Of a DNA stretch of 64,000 nt, positions 48,851 to 58,169 are shown piece by piece (the first letter of the stretch is position 1; each line of letters opens with the position of its first letter). The notes beneath the pieces were generated by a model, which was given only the letters and a program-made list of their open reading frames with translations, ran no database searches and was not told where the DNA came from. This DNA is from a virus: the IMG/VR virus record IMGVR_UViG_3300050821_013777, positions 32,001 through 96,000 of that record; one strand, written 5' to 3'. Both the position numbers and the translations under genes were made by a program.

Positions 48851-49336
48851 GTGAAGCACCCAGTCCTAGTCGGCGCGGCCGTGGGCATAGTCGGGCTCGT
48901 CGCCTGGTGGAAGCGGCACGTGATCGCAGCGGCATACCAGCGGCTGCGTGGACGCGCGGCGATGCAAGGGTTTGGAGCTGGCCCGCTCATGACCGGACTG
49001 CCCGCGACCGCCGATCCGAGTGTCTGTGCCAAGCAGATCGAGCGGTACACATTCGCCGCGATGCAGGACCAGTCGCCGATCGTCGGGCTCACGCACGCGA
49101 GCTACGCGCTCATCCTGATGGATACGCTCGAAGAGATGATCGGCCGCCAGGCAATTGCAGCTGCCGGCTACGATCCGATCGCGGTTCGGCAGCTGATCAG
49201 GAAGCTCCAGGACGCCCACGCCGAGAAGCTCCAGGCTTGCGACCCGTACATGTCACAAGTGCTGGCGCTCAAGAAGGGCGCGGCGCTGCCTGGCTTCGTG
49301 ATGAACGGCGCGATGGGCGCACCGACCGGGGCCTAG
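48851..49336 (+). CDS. N-terminal TM protein
   Basis: Promoter TTGAGC-17-TAGGCT; AMQGFG motif. Confidence 0.65.
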   Translation: MKHPVLVGAAVGIVGLVAWWKRHVIAAAYQRLRGRAAMQGFGAGPLMTGLPATADPSVCAKQIERYTFAAMQDQSPIVGLTHASYALILMDTLEEMIGRQAIAAAGYDPIAVRQLIRKLQDAHAEKLQACDPYMSQVLALKKGAALPGFVMNGAMGAPTGA

Positions 49337-49845
49337 ATGGCGTCGTTCAAAGAGGTTCGTGCTATGCAGCGAGAGGGCCGCAACCTAAAACGTCGCTACC
49401 TCGCTGCGACCGATCCTCGCACAGGTGTTCGCGACGCCGTCGGGTACGCCAACGACTGTGCATTCCAGAACCCTCCGCCACACGCAGATGCTGTTACACG
49501 CGAGCGCTGGGCCACGCGGTGGTTCACTGCCTTCTCACGAAAGACGTGTCCTCGATGAAGCTCAAGAAGCCGATCGTGTGTCCGTGGGGCGCCGTTTACG
49601 GCGGCAACCCCTCCTACGTCACTCCGCGTGGCCGCGCTGTCGTGATGTGCCGCAAGCGGCAGGCAGTCCGCTTCTACGACGCGAAGGGTAAGCAGGTCGG
49701 ACCCGAGCAGCACAATGTCGTGCCGGCCGTCATGTACGCGAACTACAAGCGCTGGATTGACCCGGACAGCAAGATCCCCGAGTGGATGCAGCGTCAGGGG
49801 CACCGCGAGGCCAGAGCGAAGACGAAGCTGCTCGGCCGGCGCTAA
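49337..49845 (+). other. two small basic genes (49337-49558, 49555-49845)
   Basis: Coupled ORFs; the second ends KLLGRR. Confidence 0.6.
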
Positions 49846-50117
49846 CGCGCGTGAGCAGCTGTCGTCGTCGTCGACGATGCTCGATCGCGGCGAGCTGTCG
49901 GAACGCACTCTTCGTTCATCTCTTGCCACGAGCGGTGTAGTGCGTGTAGCCGCATCGTCGTTTTGGCGAGACTGCCCAGTTTCTGTACGAGCTGTGGGTT
50001 TTGGACCTTCAGGTTTTCCATCGCTCTTCCTCCCGAAACTCCTCACCCTGTGTCCGCTCCGCGACTTGGCAAGAGGGGTTTTTGACAGCTCGACCGCTCG
50101 ACCGCTACCATCACAGC

Positions 50118-50525
50118 ATGAAGATCCTTCGTGGCTTCCTTTCGCTCATCGCCACCATCATCGCTCTTGTCGGCATCGGTGAAGCGACCACAGCACTGCA
50201 CATCGGTCCCAGCCTCGTCGCTTTCATCCTGGCCGGCGGTGGTGTGCTCGGTGTGCTCGGCATCTCGCCAATCACCCTGAGCGTCGCGACGGCGAACCTG
50301 CTCTCGAAGCTCTCGATCTTCATCACGCTCGGCATGGGCACTTTCGCGTCCTACAGCGCTGGGCATGCAGCGTTCGCACCGAGCCACAGGGTCATCGTGA
50401 CGATCATCCACGCGCTCGGCGTCGTCGGGACGCTCATGGCCATCGCTGGATCGACGCCGACACTCGCTCCAGCCCTGACGCCCCTGCCGCCCGCTCCCCC
50501 AGCTGAGCCGCCCAAGGCCGCGTGA
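50118..50525 (+). CDS. 4-TM membrane protein
   Basis: Promoter TTGACA-18-TACCAT-6-ATG; four hydrophobic segments. Confidence 0.7.
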   Translation: MKILRGFLSLIATIIALVGIGEATTALHIGPSLVAFILAGGGVLGVLGISPITLSVATANLLSKLSIFITLGMGTFASYSAGHAAFAPSHRVIVTIIHALGVVGTLMAIAGSTPTLAPALTPLPPAPPAEPPKAA

Positions 50526-51182
50526 AGATCGTAGACGCGCGCAGCGGGCGTCTCGTGCAGCTCCGCGAGATGGTGAAGAACGGCCCACGTCCTGACGACT
50601 GGTACACAATCATGGAGATGAAGTTCCGCACCCTGCTCACGCGCACAGCGCATGTCATCAAGCATGACGGTCGCCGCGAGCGCGTAGTCTGTCCTGTGAA
50701 GCTGTTACCTCAGCTCACGTTCGATTCGGATCTTCCTCCCCTCCTCGCAGCTGTCGTCTACCCGTCATGATCTGGCCAGCGTTGTCTCCGCTCATGCGCT
50801 CGCGCATTCGCTTGGTGGTCGTGGCCGCCGGGCTCATCCCGCTTGCCATCCTCGCGCGCATGGCCAGCAGCGGGAAGCTCCAGGAGCTGGTCCAACGGCT
50901 TGGGGCTCGTGCCTGGCGCGCGCACGACGACGCAAAGTTGCGCGAGCCCTAGCGTACCCACTTTCGCACGGTCATCACGATCGGCTCGACGTCCTCCGCT
51001 GGTACGCCAACACGCAGCAGCGCGAGCCTGAGTGCATGAGCCATGTCGGCGAGCCCCCGCGTGTGCCCAAGCGCGTAGCCCTGCTCGAAGTCGGGGAGCG
51101 GGAGGCCCCGCGGTGGCGTCGGGGGCCCGTGCGTGACGAGCGTGGGCCCCTCTGGCAGGAAGAAATCGTCGTCTGCGGGCAC
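50522..51182. other. three small hypothetical genes (50522-50770 +, 50767-50952 +, 50949-51182 -)
   Basis: Coupled overlaps; TAGAAT 6 nt before GTG 51182. Confidence 0.55.
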
Positions 51183-51191
51183 GCCAGGATT

Positions 51192-51454
51192 CTAGCGGCA
51201 GCCGCGCATCATGTCCTGCTGTCGAGCGAGAAGGTTCGCAGTCGGCATGCAGACCTTGTTCTTACAGCGCAGGAGCATCGAGCCGCGCGCTCTCGGCCGT
51301 CGATCCCATCACGGACGTCCCACAGGTTCGCACCGCTGCAGCCGTTGCGGGACGCCACGCTCATCGAGCGTGCGTACTTCGCAGCTTTCTTGAAGTGCGT
51401 GAAGCGTTATGATCCGCCACAGGCCGACACAAGAAACCTCCCTGTCTTGGCCAT
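51192..51454 (-). pseudogene. decayed paralog of 52726..53049 and 53491..53757
   Basis: MAKTGRFLVSACGGS*RFTHFKKAAKYARSMS... with TAA at 51407-51409, then a frameshift to MLLRCKNKVCMPT...MRGCR. Confidence 0.55.
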
Positions 51455-54400
51455 CAGCGTCTCCCCAGCAGCATGTCGAGCCGGCGCTCCATCACAGCGC
51501 GTGCGTCCTGGGCGTGCCGATGCATGTCGGCGCAGTGTCCGCGCTGGGCGGCTGCCTGTGCTGCGCGGAGCGAGCGCGAGATCGCAGCGTTCGTCTGCGA
51601 AGGAAGAGACTTGCGCACGCCGCGGTAGGTGGCCCCCGTGTCTTCGAGGATGGCGATGTTGCAGCGGCGGGGGAGGGGCATCATCGTCCTCCAGCTGCGG
51701 CGCGTTTCGTCAGGTAGTTGCAGCGCGACACTGCGATCGAAAGCCCGTCCGCGTTCTTCTTGTACGCGCTGTCTGAAGTGCTGTGCGTGACGCCGATCCT
51801 GAAAACCGTGTAGGATTTTCGGTCACGCTTGACCCAGCAAACCGGCGTCTCGAACACGATGTCGGATTCGCGGGTCGGCCCGCGCAGTCCGCTCTTGCGT
51901 CGCTTGGTCATCGTGGGAAGCTCACATGACAGCGGTTTCTGTACGCGCGGCGAACACGTGCGTACGTGCCTGCGCTCGGAACGAGCGGCGGATCGGCGAT
52001 GCCGGATCGCATCTGGTTCGCGACCATTCCGTTGATCCTGTTCAGCTGATGAATCCATCCATGTGCCGCATGGCAATTCCCACGGCGAAGATCCTGCACG
52101 AGATTCTTCACAACGATGCGTGACTCTTTTTTGAGCCGCCGCACCTCCTGTGCACCGCCGGGAATAAATGGCCGCTTGGCCACGTCAGCACTTCACCTTC
52201 CATCCGGAATGAAGCGGGCGCTGCCAGTGTCGCTCGGCCTCTCCGCGTGTCGCCACGCGAACAGTGACGGCCGGGCCGACGCCACGCATGTCCTCCCGCG
52301 GCCGAACGATCACGCGGCGCGTACGGCGATCCGTAACGGCGTAGAGCACGTTCTTCGCGCCACCGTGCCAGCCCTGCGTCTCTGAGTAGCGAGGCAGCGT
52401 CGCACGAACCACACAACCCTTGCCGCGCTTGCCACCGCGGAAGTCAACGAAGGGGAAGTAGGGCGCCAGGCGCCAGTGCTTCTTTCGCTTGGCCATCAGC
52501 CTCTCCCCACGAGCTTGAGGTTCTTCGGATGCGTGCCGAACTCGGTACCGCGCACACGCAGGACGGCAAGTGGCATCGCAGTCTGTGCGCCACCGACGGC
52601 AGTGACACGCACGAGGCGCCCGCACGCGACCTTCGGCGTCTTGGCGCGTTCAGCCCATCTGGTGCCCTCTTTCATCCAGACGCGCGATCCCTTGGCGACG
52701 CAGTAGGTGAGCTTTTCGTTGGCCATCAGCGTCTCCTCCGCTTGCGTCCCGACAAGCCGTGCTGCTGCTTGTACATCGCCGTCGCCTTGGCTGGGCTCCA
52801 GGCGTACGCGTCGCTCCGCTGCGACATCGGCTTGAACGGCGTGCACGCTTTCTCGTGGCACTCAGCGACGGCCACGGCGGTCTTCGCCGTCACAGCGCGC
52901 ACGACATGGCTGCCCGGTCCGCACGTGTCGGTCGCGAAGCGCTTGCTGCTCATCGCGCGCGCGAGCTTCATGGCGGCGCGGGGCGAGCGGATGTTGTCCT
53001 TCGAGCCGTCGCACCAGCGAACGCTGTAGGTGCCCTTGATGTAGGCCATCAGCAGCCCCCCATACGGCGCATCAGCTTGATCTGATGAGCGGCGGTGCTG
53101 CGCGCGTCGCAGATGGTGTCGGTGTAGTAGGTGCCCCGGAACCGACGCACCGGCGCCTTCGTGGTGACCACGAACTCCGCCCATTCGGTGTCCTTGTGGA
53201 TCGACACCGAGCAGCGGCCGAAGCGAATGTTCTTGAGGCGACGCTTGGCCATCGTCACACCTTCAAGTCGAAGAGGCGTTTCGCACGGTCACACTGGAAA
53301 GCGCGTGCGGTCGCCGGCTCTCCTCGTCGCGCGTACTCCCGATCGCGCGTCGCTGCCTCACGCACCGCTGTTGCTCTGTTGTGCGTGCCGTACACAGTGC
53401 CACCGGGGCGCTCACCGCGCTTGCCGATGTGCCGCTCGTCGCCTGCGTAGTAGCCGACGACCATCCAGCACGAAGCTCCGCGCTTGGCCATCAGCGCCTC
53501 AGCCCGAGCTTCTTACCGAAGTGCGTCACCTTGCACTTCGTCTTGCGGCACGTCAGCAGCGTGAATTCGCCGCCGTGCTCGTTTTGGAGTGTCAGCGCGC
53601 TCGATCCGCGGCGCTTGGAGACTTCGCGCGCCGAATGCACGGCCTGAGCAAGATACTTCGTGCAGCGCATGAAGACGCCGTGCTTTTGCACCGTGTAGCT
53701 GCGAGATCTTCGGCCTTGCCAGTGGACGCAAAACTTGTCGGTGTCCTCGTGTGCCATCAGCGACGTCTCCGCTTGCGCTTCGCCCGCCCGAGGATCTGCA
53801 TCGGTCGGCCTGGCTCCCAGATCATCCGCTTCGACATCGGATTGACCTTCTTGGCCGGCGGCTTCTTCTTGCCGAACGGCCACCAGCCGGCGACCGGCGC
53901 GGCCGCGGGAGCTGCGGGCTTGGGTGCGGCGGGGGCGGGAGCTGGCGCAGCCGGAGCGCCGTCGCGGAGGCTGCCACGTCGTCGCGAGCCAGCGAGCGCA
54001 GACTTCCTCTTTCGCGTGCCGCACAGTAGCGCCAGGATCTCGCGCGAGGTGTCGTCGACGTCGACTGGGCGCGAGGACCCTGTGCCGTGCTTGTTGAGCG
54101 CACGATGAATCTCGATGAACGGCTTGCCGTCATGATAAATCTCGCGGCTCCCGTACGGTGCTGTGAAACGACATGCACGGGCCATTAGCGACTCCTCTTG
54201 CGGCGCTTCGCCCCGTGCAGCTCGCGAATCGACGCCATCGCCTCAGGCGAGTAGTCCTTCTCATAGGCGACGAGCGGCCACGTGAAACGACACGCCTTCT
54301 GCGTGCTGCCGACGATGAAGGGCTTGTTGCCTTCGCCGTCGGACGACATGATTTGCAGCTGCGCGCCGAGCCCCTGCCCGCCGACGGGGCAGAGCCGGTA

Positions 54401-55602
54401 CTCGCGCTGCTTCGTGATCCCAGGCCGCGTCACCAAGAGCTTGATGCACTCGGTGAGCTTGACCTTCGGTGCCTTGCTCCACTTGGTCATCGACGTCTCC
54501 TGCGCTTCGCGCCGTTGAAGAAGAGCAGCGAGCCAGGCGGAACGCCACGACCGGCCTTCGACGTCTCGCCGCCGCGGTGAAGCCACTGCGTGACGCGTGA
54601 GCGCGCACCTTCGGACACGTCGCAGAACGTCTCGTTGAACTTTGGGTGCTTCTTGCAGTTGCGCACGGCGATCCCGCGGCGCGCGGCCTCGCGCTTGGCG
54701 TTCTTCGGCGAGCCCTTGATGACGAGCCTCATCGACGTCTCCGCCCCAAGGAAACCCTGCGTGGGGGTCGAATTTTTCGAGACAACTCAGTGCACCCGCG
54801 CATGAGCAGCGCCTTTGCTGAGCGTGCCTTAGCCAGCGTCAGCGGTGCGAACACCGCGACGTAGTTCAGCGATCGACCGTCGCGCTTGTTGTAGAGAACC
54901 GCGTCGATCTTGCCCCCACGACCCGGCTCAAATCGAACGACGCACTTGGTAGTCATCTACCGGCGCCTCCGCTTGTGTGCTCCGGCGAGCCCCTGGTTCA
55001 TCAACTCGCAGTGCTTGTTCGCCGCAGCAGCGGCAGCAGTGGGCGAGCGGAACAACTCACCGAAATCGCTCGTCGAGCCATCCTTGTGCAACCCCTGATG
55101 CAGCCCCGACCGCTTGGCGAGACCTTTCACATTCTCGAACCGCGCACGGTAGCCGCGGTGCCGGCCGTTCGGGTAGCTCGAACAGTCGATCGCGTAGTTG
55201 CCCTTCGCCCCGGTGTAGCCGTAGTTGTGCACGCGATCGGAGCAGGACGTGCCTGGACCGTACATGTCCCATTTCGTCACGCCGGGCAGGCAGCGCTTCG
55301 CCATCAGCGTCTCCTGCACTTCCCAACGAGTCCCCACAGCCGGGCGATCGTCTTCGGCTTCACACCAGCAGCCGTCGCTGCACCTCGCCGGCCGACCAAC
55401 GGCACGAGCGCGTCGAAGCGCTTCTGCGCCGCGCTGCAGTCACCTGCGCGCACGAGTGCCTTGATCCGACGGATTGCCGTTGCGGCTGCATGGCGCATCA
55501 GCGCCCGCCCTTCGCGCGCGTGATCCCCTCGCCGCGCCTGCACCACCGGCGATCCTCATCACGCGGGCCCCTTGCCACGCGCTTGCGCGTCTCGCGCTTC
55601 AT
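51454..55602 (-). other. array of 17 coupled small basic genes (51454-51684, 51681-51911, 51908-52183, 52185-52496, 52496-52726, 52726-53049, 53049-53258, 53255-53491, 53491-53757, 53757-54185, 54185-54490, 54487-54732, 54729-54956, 54957-55304, 55304-55498, 55498-55602, plus 55838-56014 upstream)
   Basis: Stops overlap or abut the next start (TGATG/ATGA); N-termini often MAKR; C-termini often G-poly(R/K). Confidence 0.8.
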
Positions 55603-55799
55603 CGCGAGCACTTCGGTGAGAAGATCCAGATCGCGAGCCCCGTGGCAAGGAACGCACCGAAGAATGTGATCCCGCGGTTGCGCTCGATCAAGCACTCCTG
55701 GCGCTTCGCCATGCAGATGAGGTGCGTGAGCGCCACATCGTGCGGAACCGTCGGAGCAAGCTGCGTCGTGGTGTCGAGAGGAGCGGCGCCGAACGTCAT
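55599..55799 (-). CDS. small TM protein
   Basis: Promoter TTGACC-18-TACGCT-7-ATG; TM FFGAFLATGLAIWIF. Confidence 0.65.
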   Translation of the reverse strand: MTFGAAPLDTTTQLAPTVPHDVALTHLICMAKRQECLIERNRGITFFGAFLATGLAIWIFSPKCSR

Positions 55800-55837
55800 G
55801 CAGATGAGCGTACCGCCACGGGGGCGTAACGGTCAAA

Positions 55838-56014
55838 TCAGCGTCGGCGGCGACGGGGGCGGGCGCGGCCGAAGTTCGAGCAGCCTTCCTGAATGAGCAC
55901 GCGCTCGGCGCCCTTTCGAGTGAACACGTGGATCCGCGTCGTCACGCGAGGACGACCTTGATGGATCACGACGGCGTCGTATCCAACGCGGCGCTTGTCG
56001 ATGCGGCAGATCAT
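55838..56014 (-). CDS. 58-aa basic protein ending FGRARPRRRRR (not in ORF track); paralog of 54729..54956
   Basis: MICRIDKRRVGYDAVV...LIQEGC. Confidence 0.6.
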   Translation of the reverse strand: MICRIDKRRVGYDAVVIHQGRPRVTTRIHVFTRKGAERVLIQEGCSNFGRARPRRRRR

Positions 56015-56024
56015 GGTTCGCCTC

Positions 56025-56315
56025 CTACCCGTTCACGTCCGGCAGCACCATCGCACCGCCGGCAGCGAGCTTCACCAGCCGAGTCACGACTGGGAGCTTG
56101 CGCGCGATGTCGTGCGCGGTGAGTTTGCCGGTGCGCAGATCTGGCGGTGCGTCGTCCCAGCCATTGAACACGCCGTTCACAGCGTCGACGGTCGGCTGGT
56201 CGAGCACGCCGGTGGGGTGGACCGGCAATCCCATCTTTGCGAGCGTGAGCTGAATGGTCCTGATCGGACTGCCACTCGCGGCGCCGAGGCTGCCCTGCAG
56301 CACGCCGAAGATCAT
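56025..56315 (-). CDS. peptidoglycan-binding domain protein
   Basis: IRTIQLTLAKMG...TGVLDQPTVDAV. Confidence 0.65.
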   Translation of the reverse strand: MIFGVLQGSLGAASGSPIRTIQLTLAKMGLPVHPTGVLDQPTVDAVNGVFNGWDDAPPDLRTGKLTAHDIARKLPVVTRLVKLAAGGAMVLPDVNG

Positions 56316-56578
56316 CGTCGCCCGATGACGCGCGCGCATCGCGCGAGGTCTTTGGCCGTCTCGACCATCCCACTCGCACGGAGGTCAGGGACGAGCGTGG
56401 TCTTCAGCCAGTTCGCATACCGAGCGCTCTTCTGCCCTGTACGCATCATCCGGCCGCAGTCGGCGACGTCCTTCGCTGTGTAGGTGTGCCCGCTGGCACG
56501 AAGATCTGGTGCGAGCGTCTCGATCATGAAGGTGGCGTGAGCTGCTGTACTGCCACCTCTGCCGCGTCTCGCCTTCAT
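56312..56578 (-). CDS. 88-aa protein with internal duplication TLxPDLRASG...TAKD...C
   Basis: Two visible repeats; ATGA overlaps at both ends. Confidence 0.65.
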   Translation of the reverse strand: MKARRGRGGSTAAHATFMIETLAPDLRASGHTYTAKDVADCGRMMRTGQKSARYANWLKTTLVPDLRASGMVETAKDLARCARVIGRR

Positions 56579-57045
56579 TTCGACGACTCCCCGCCTCCGC
56601 GACTCATCAGCCAGATCCCCGCAGCGACCATGCCCACCGAGATCAGCGTACCGACGACGTAGACCATCACGCTTGGCTTGTGCCCCTCGGGCAGCATTGA
56701 CGGCCCAGCACCAGCGAACTGCGTCCCGTAGGAGTAGTTCTGCGGCACCATCGCCGACGGGCGCTCGACGTTCTGCGCTGCACCGGCGCCGCACGGGAGC
56801 ATCGTCAGCTCGTGGGTGTGGCCGTCGGTCGGATCGGACTCGACCTTGAACGAGCGGATGTGGTGCCAGTGGCCCGAATCGAGATCGGTGTTCCCGTTCC
56901 CGAGCTTGTCGATCCACGCACCATGATGGTGCGCCGAATAGATGCGCCCCGCATCGTCCGTCGTCAGCTGACACGGATGCTGGGGCGGCATCGTCTTCGC
57001 GTACTTGACGGAATCCGGATCCGGATACCGTCGGCCGTGCTCCAT
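56575..57045 (-). CDS. His-motif (GHWHH, GHTH) putative metal-binding protein with C-terminal TM
   Basis: DSGHWHHI...TDGHTHEL. Confidence 0.65.
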   Translation of the reverse strand: MEHGRRYPDPDSVKYAKTMPPQHPCQLTTDDAGRIYSAHHHGAWIDKLGNGNTDLDSGHWHHIRSFKVESDPTDGHTHELTMLPCGAGAAQNVERPSAMVPQNYSYGTQFAGAGPSMLPEGHKPSVMVYVVGTLISVGMVAAGIWLMSRGGGESSK

Positions 57046-57048
57046 GAT

Positions 57049-58119
57049 CTACCAGCGCCCGAAGGCGGGAGCGGCCGGAGGCGGCGGAACATAGGCCGGC
57101 TGCCACCAGTGATGGCGACGATGCTCAAATCCCGGCTGCGTGCCGTACACCGGCGGACGGAACCCCGGATTGAAGCCCGGTCGAACACCACCGCGGTTGC
57201 CCCAGCGGTTGCCCCAGCCAGGGAAGCCGAGACCGGCCATTGCCGCCGCGTGATGGTGGTGATGGTGGTGGTGGCCGAGACCGGCCATTGCCTGCTGCTC
57301 TTCTGCCGCGATGGCCGCCGCGTGATGGTGGTGATGATGATGGCCGTGGTGCCCGAAGCCGCCCATCCCGCTGCCCGAGCCATACTCGACGCCGGAGTTC
57401 GGATCGGGAGTGTTCACGTTGCCCTGTGCGTCTTCGTACTTGGTAACACGGCCATTGCAGACCGTGACCTTGATGCCGTCCGCGCGCGGCGGATAGGTCT
57501 CGCAGCCGCCCGAAGCCGCGCGCGTATCGATCTCGGAGACCGTCTCCGGATTGATCAGACGCGAGAGCCAGTGTCGACGCTTGTGCGGACGGCCGAAGCC
57601 ATGCGTCGCGGCCGGCATCGGTGCAGGCATCGGTGCGGGCGGCGGCATGTCAGGTGGCAGCGGTGCCGTCTGGAACGGCATCGAGCGATGGATGCGTGCT
57701 CCCGCATTGTGCACACCTGCGCGGATGTTCGACCCGCTCGGGCTCACGCCGGGAATCCATCCCGAGCGCATCACCATGTACGGATCGACATGGAAGTGCG
57801 CTTTCGTGCCTCCCGTCGAGCCGAATCCGGCGCCGCCGAAGCTGCCGTGCATGGCGGCGCTGGTCGGCGCGGACGAGGGAACCTGCGTCGCGGCGGCCGG
57901 TGCACCGTTCGGCGCTGGCGGCGCGGGCGGCGGCACCGGCGGAAGCATCTGCGGGCCCATCCCCGGCACGAGCGGCGGCCGGTACATCGGGTACGCTCGC
58001 ATCCGGTTCGTCACCTCGGAGAAGGGCCAGATGTTTCCGCTGTAGAATGCCGTGTGCGGCAGCTTGGCGTGGGGCATTCCAGGCGCTTCGAAGGGGGTGC
58101 GCGTTTGTCCAAGAATCAT
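57049..58119 (-). CDS. low-complexity Pro/Gly/His-rich protein
   Basis: SD GAGGTG; poly-His tracts; repeated GFG/GLG. Confidence 0.65.
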   Translation of the reverse strand: MILGQTRTPFEAPGMPHAKLPHTAFYSGNIWPFSEVTNRMRAYPMYRPPLVPGMGPQMLPPVPPPAPPAPNGAPAAATQVPSSAPTSAAMHGSFGGAGFGSTGGTKAHFHVDPYMVMRSGWIPGVSPSGSNIRAGVHNAGARIHRSMPFQTAPLPPDMPPPAPMPAPMPAATHGFGRPHKRRHWLSRLINPETVSEIDTRAASGGCETYPPRADGIKVTVCNGRVTKYEDAQGNVNTPDPNSGVEYGSGSGMGGFGHHGHHHHHHHAAAIAAEEQQAMAGLGHHHHHHHHAAAMAGLGFPGWGNRWGNRGGVRPGFNPGFRPPVYGTQPGFEHRRHHWWQPAYVPPPPAAPAFGRW

Positions 58120-58169
58120 GCTCGATTCACCTCGTTGGAAAAGAGCATACGGCCGAGGCGCAGCCGACG

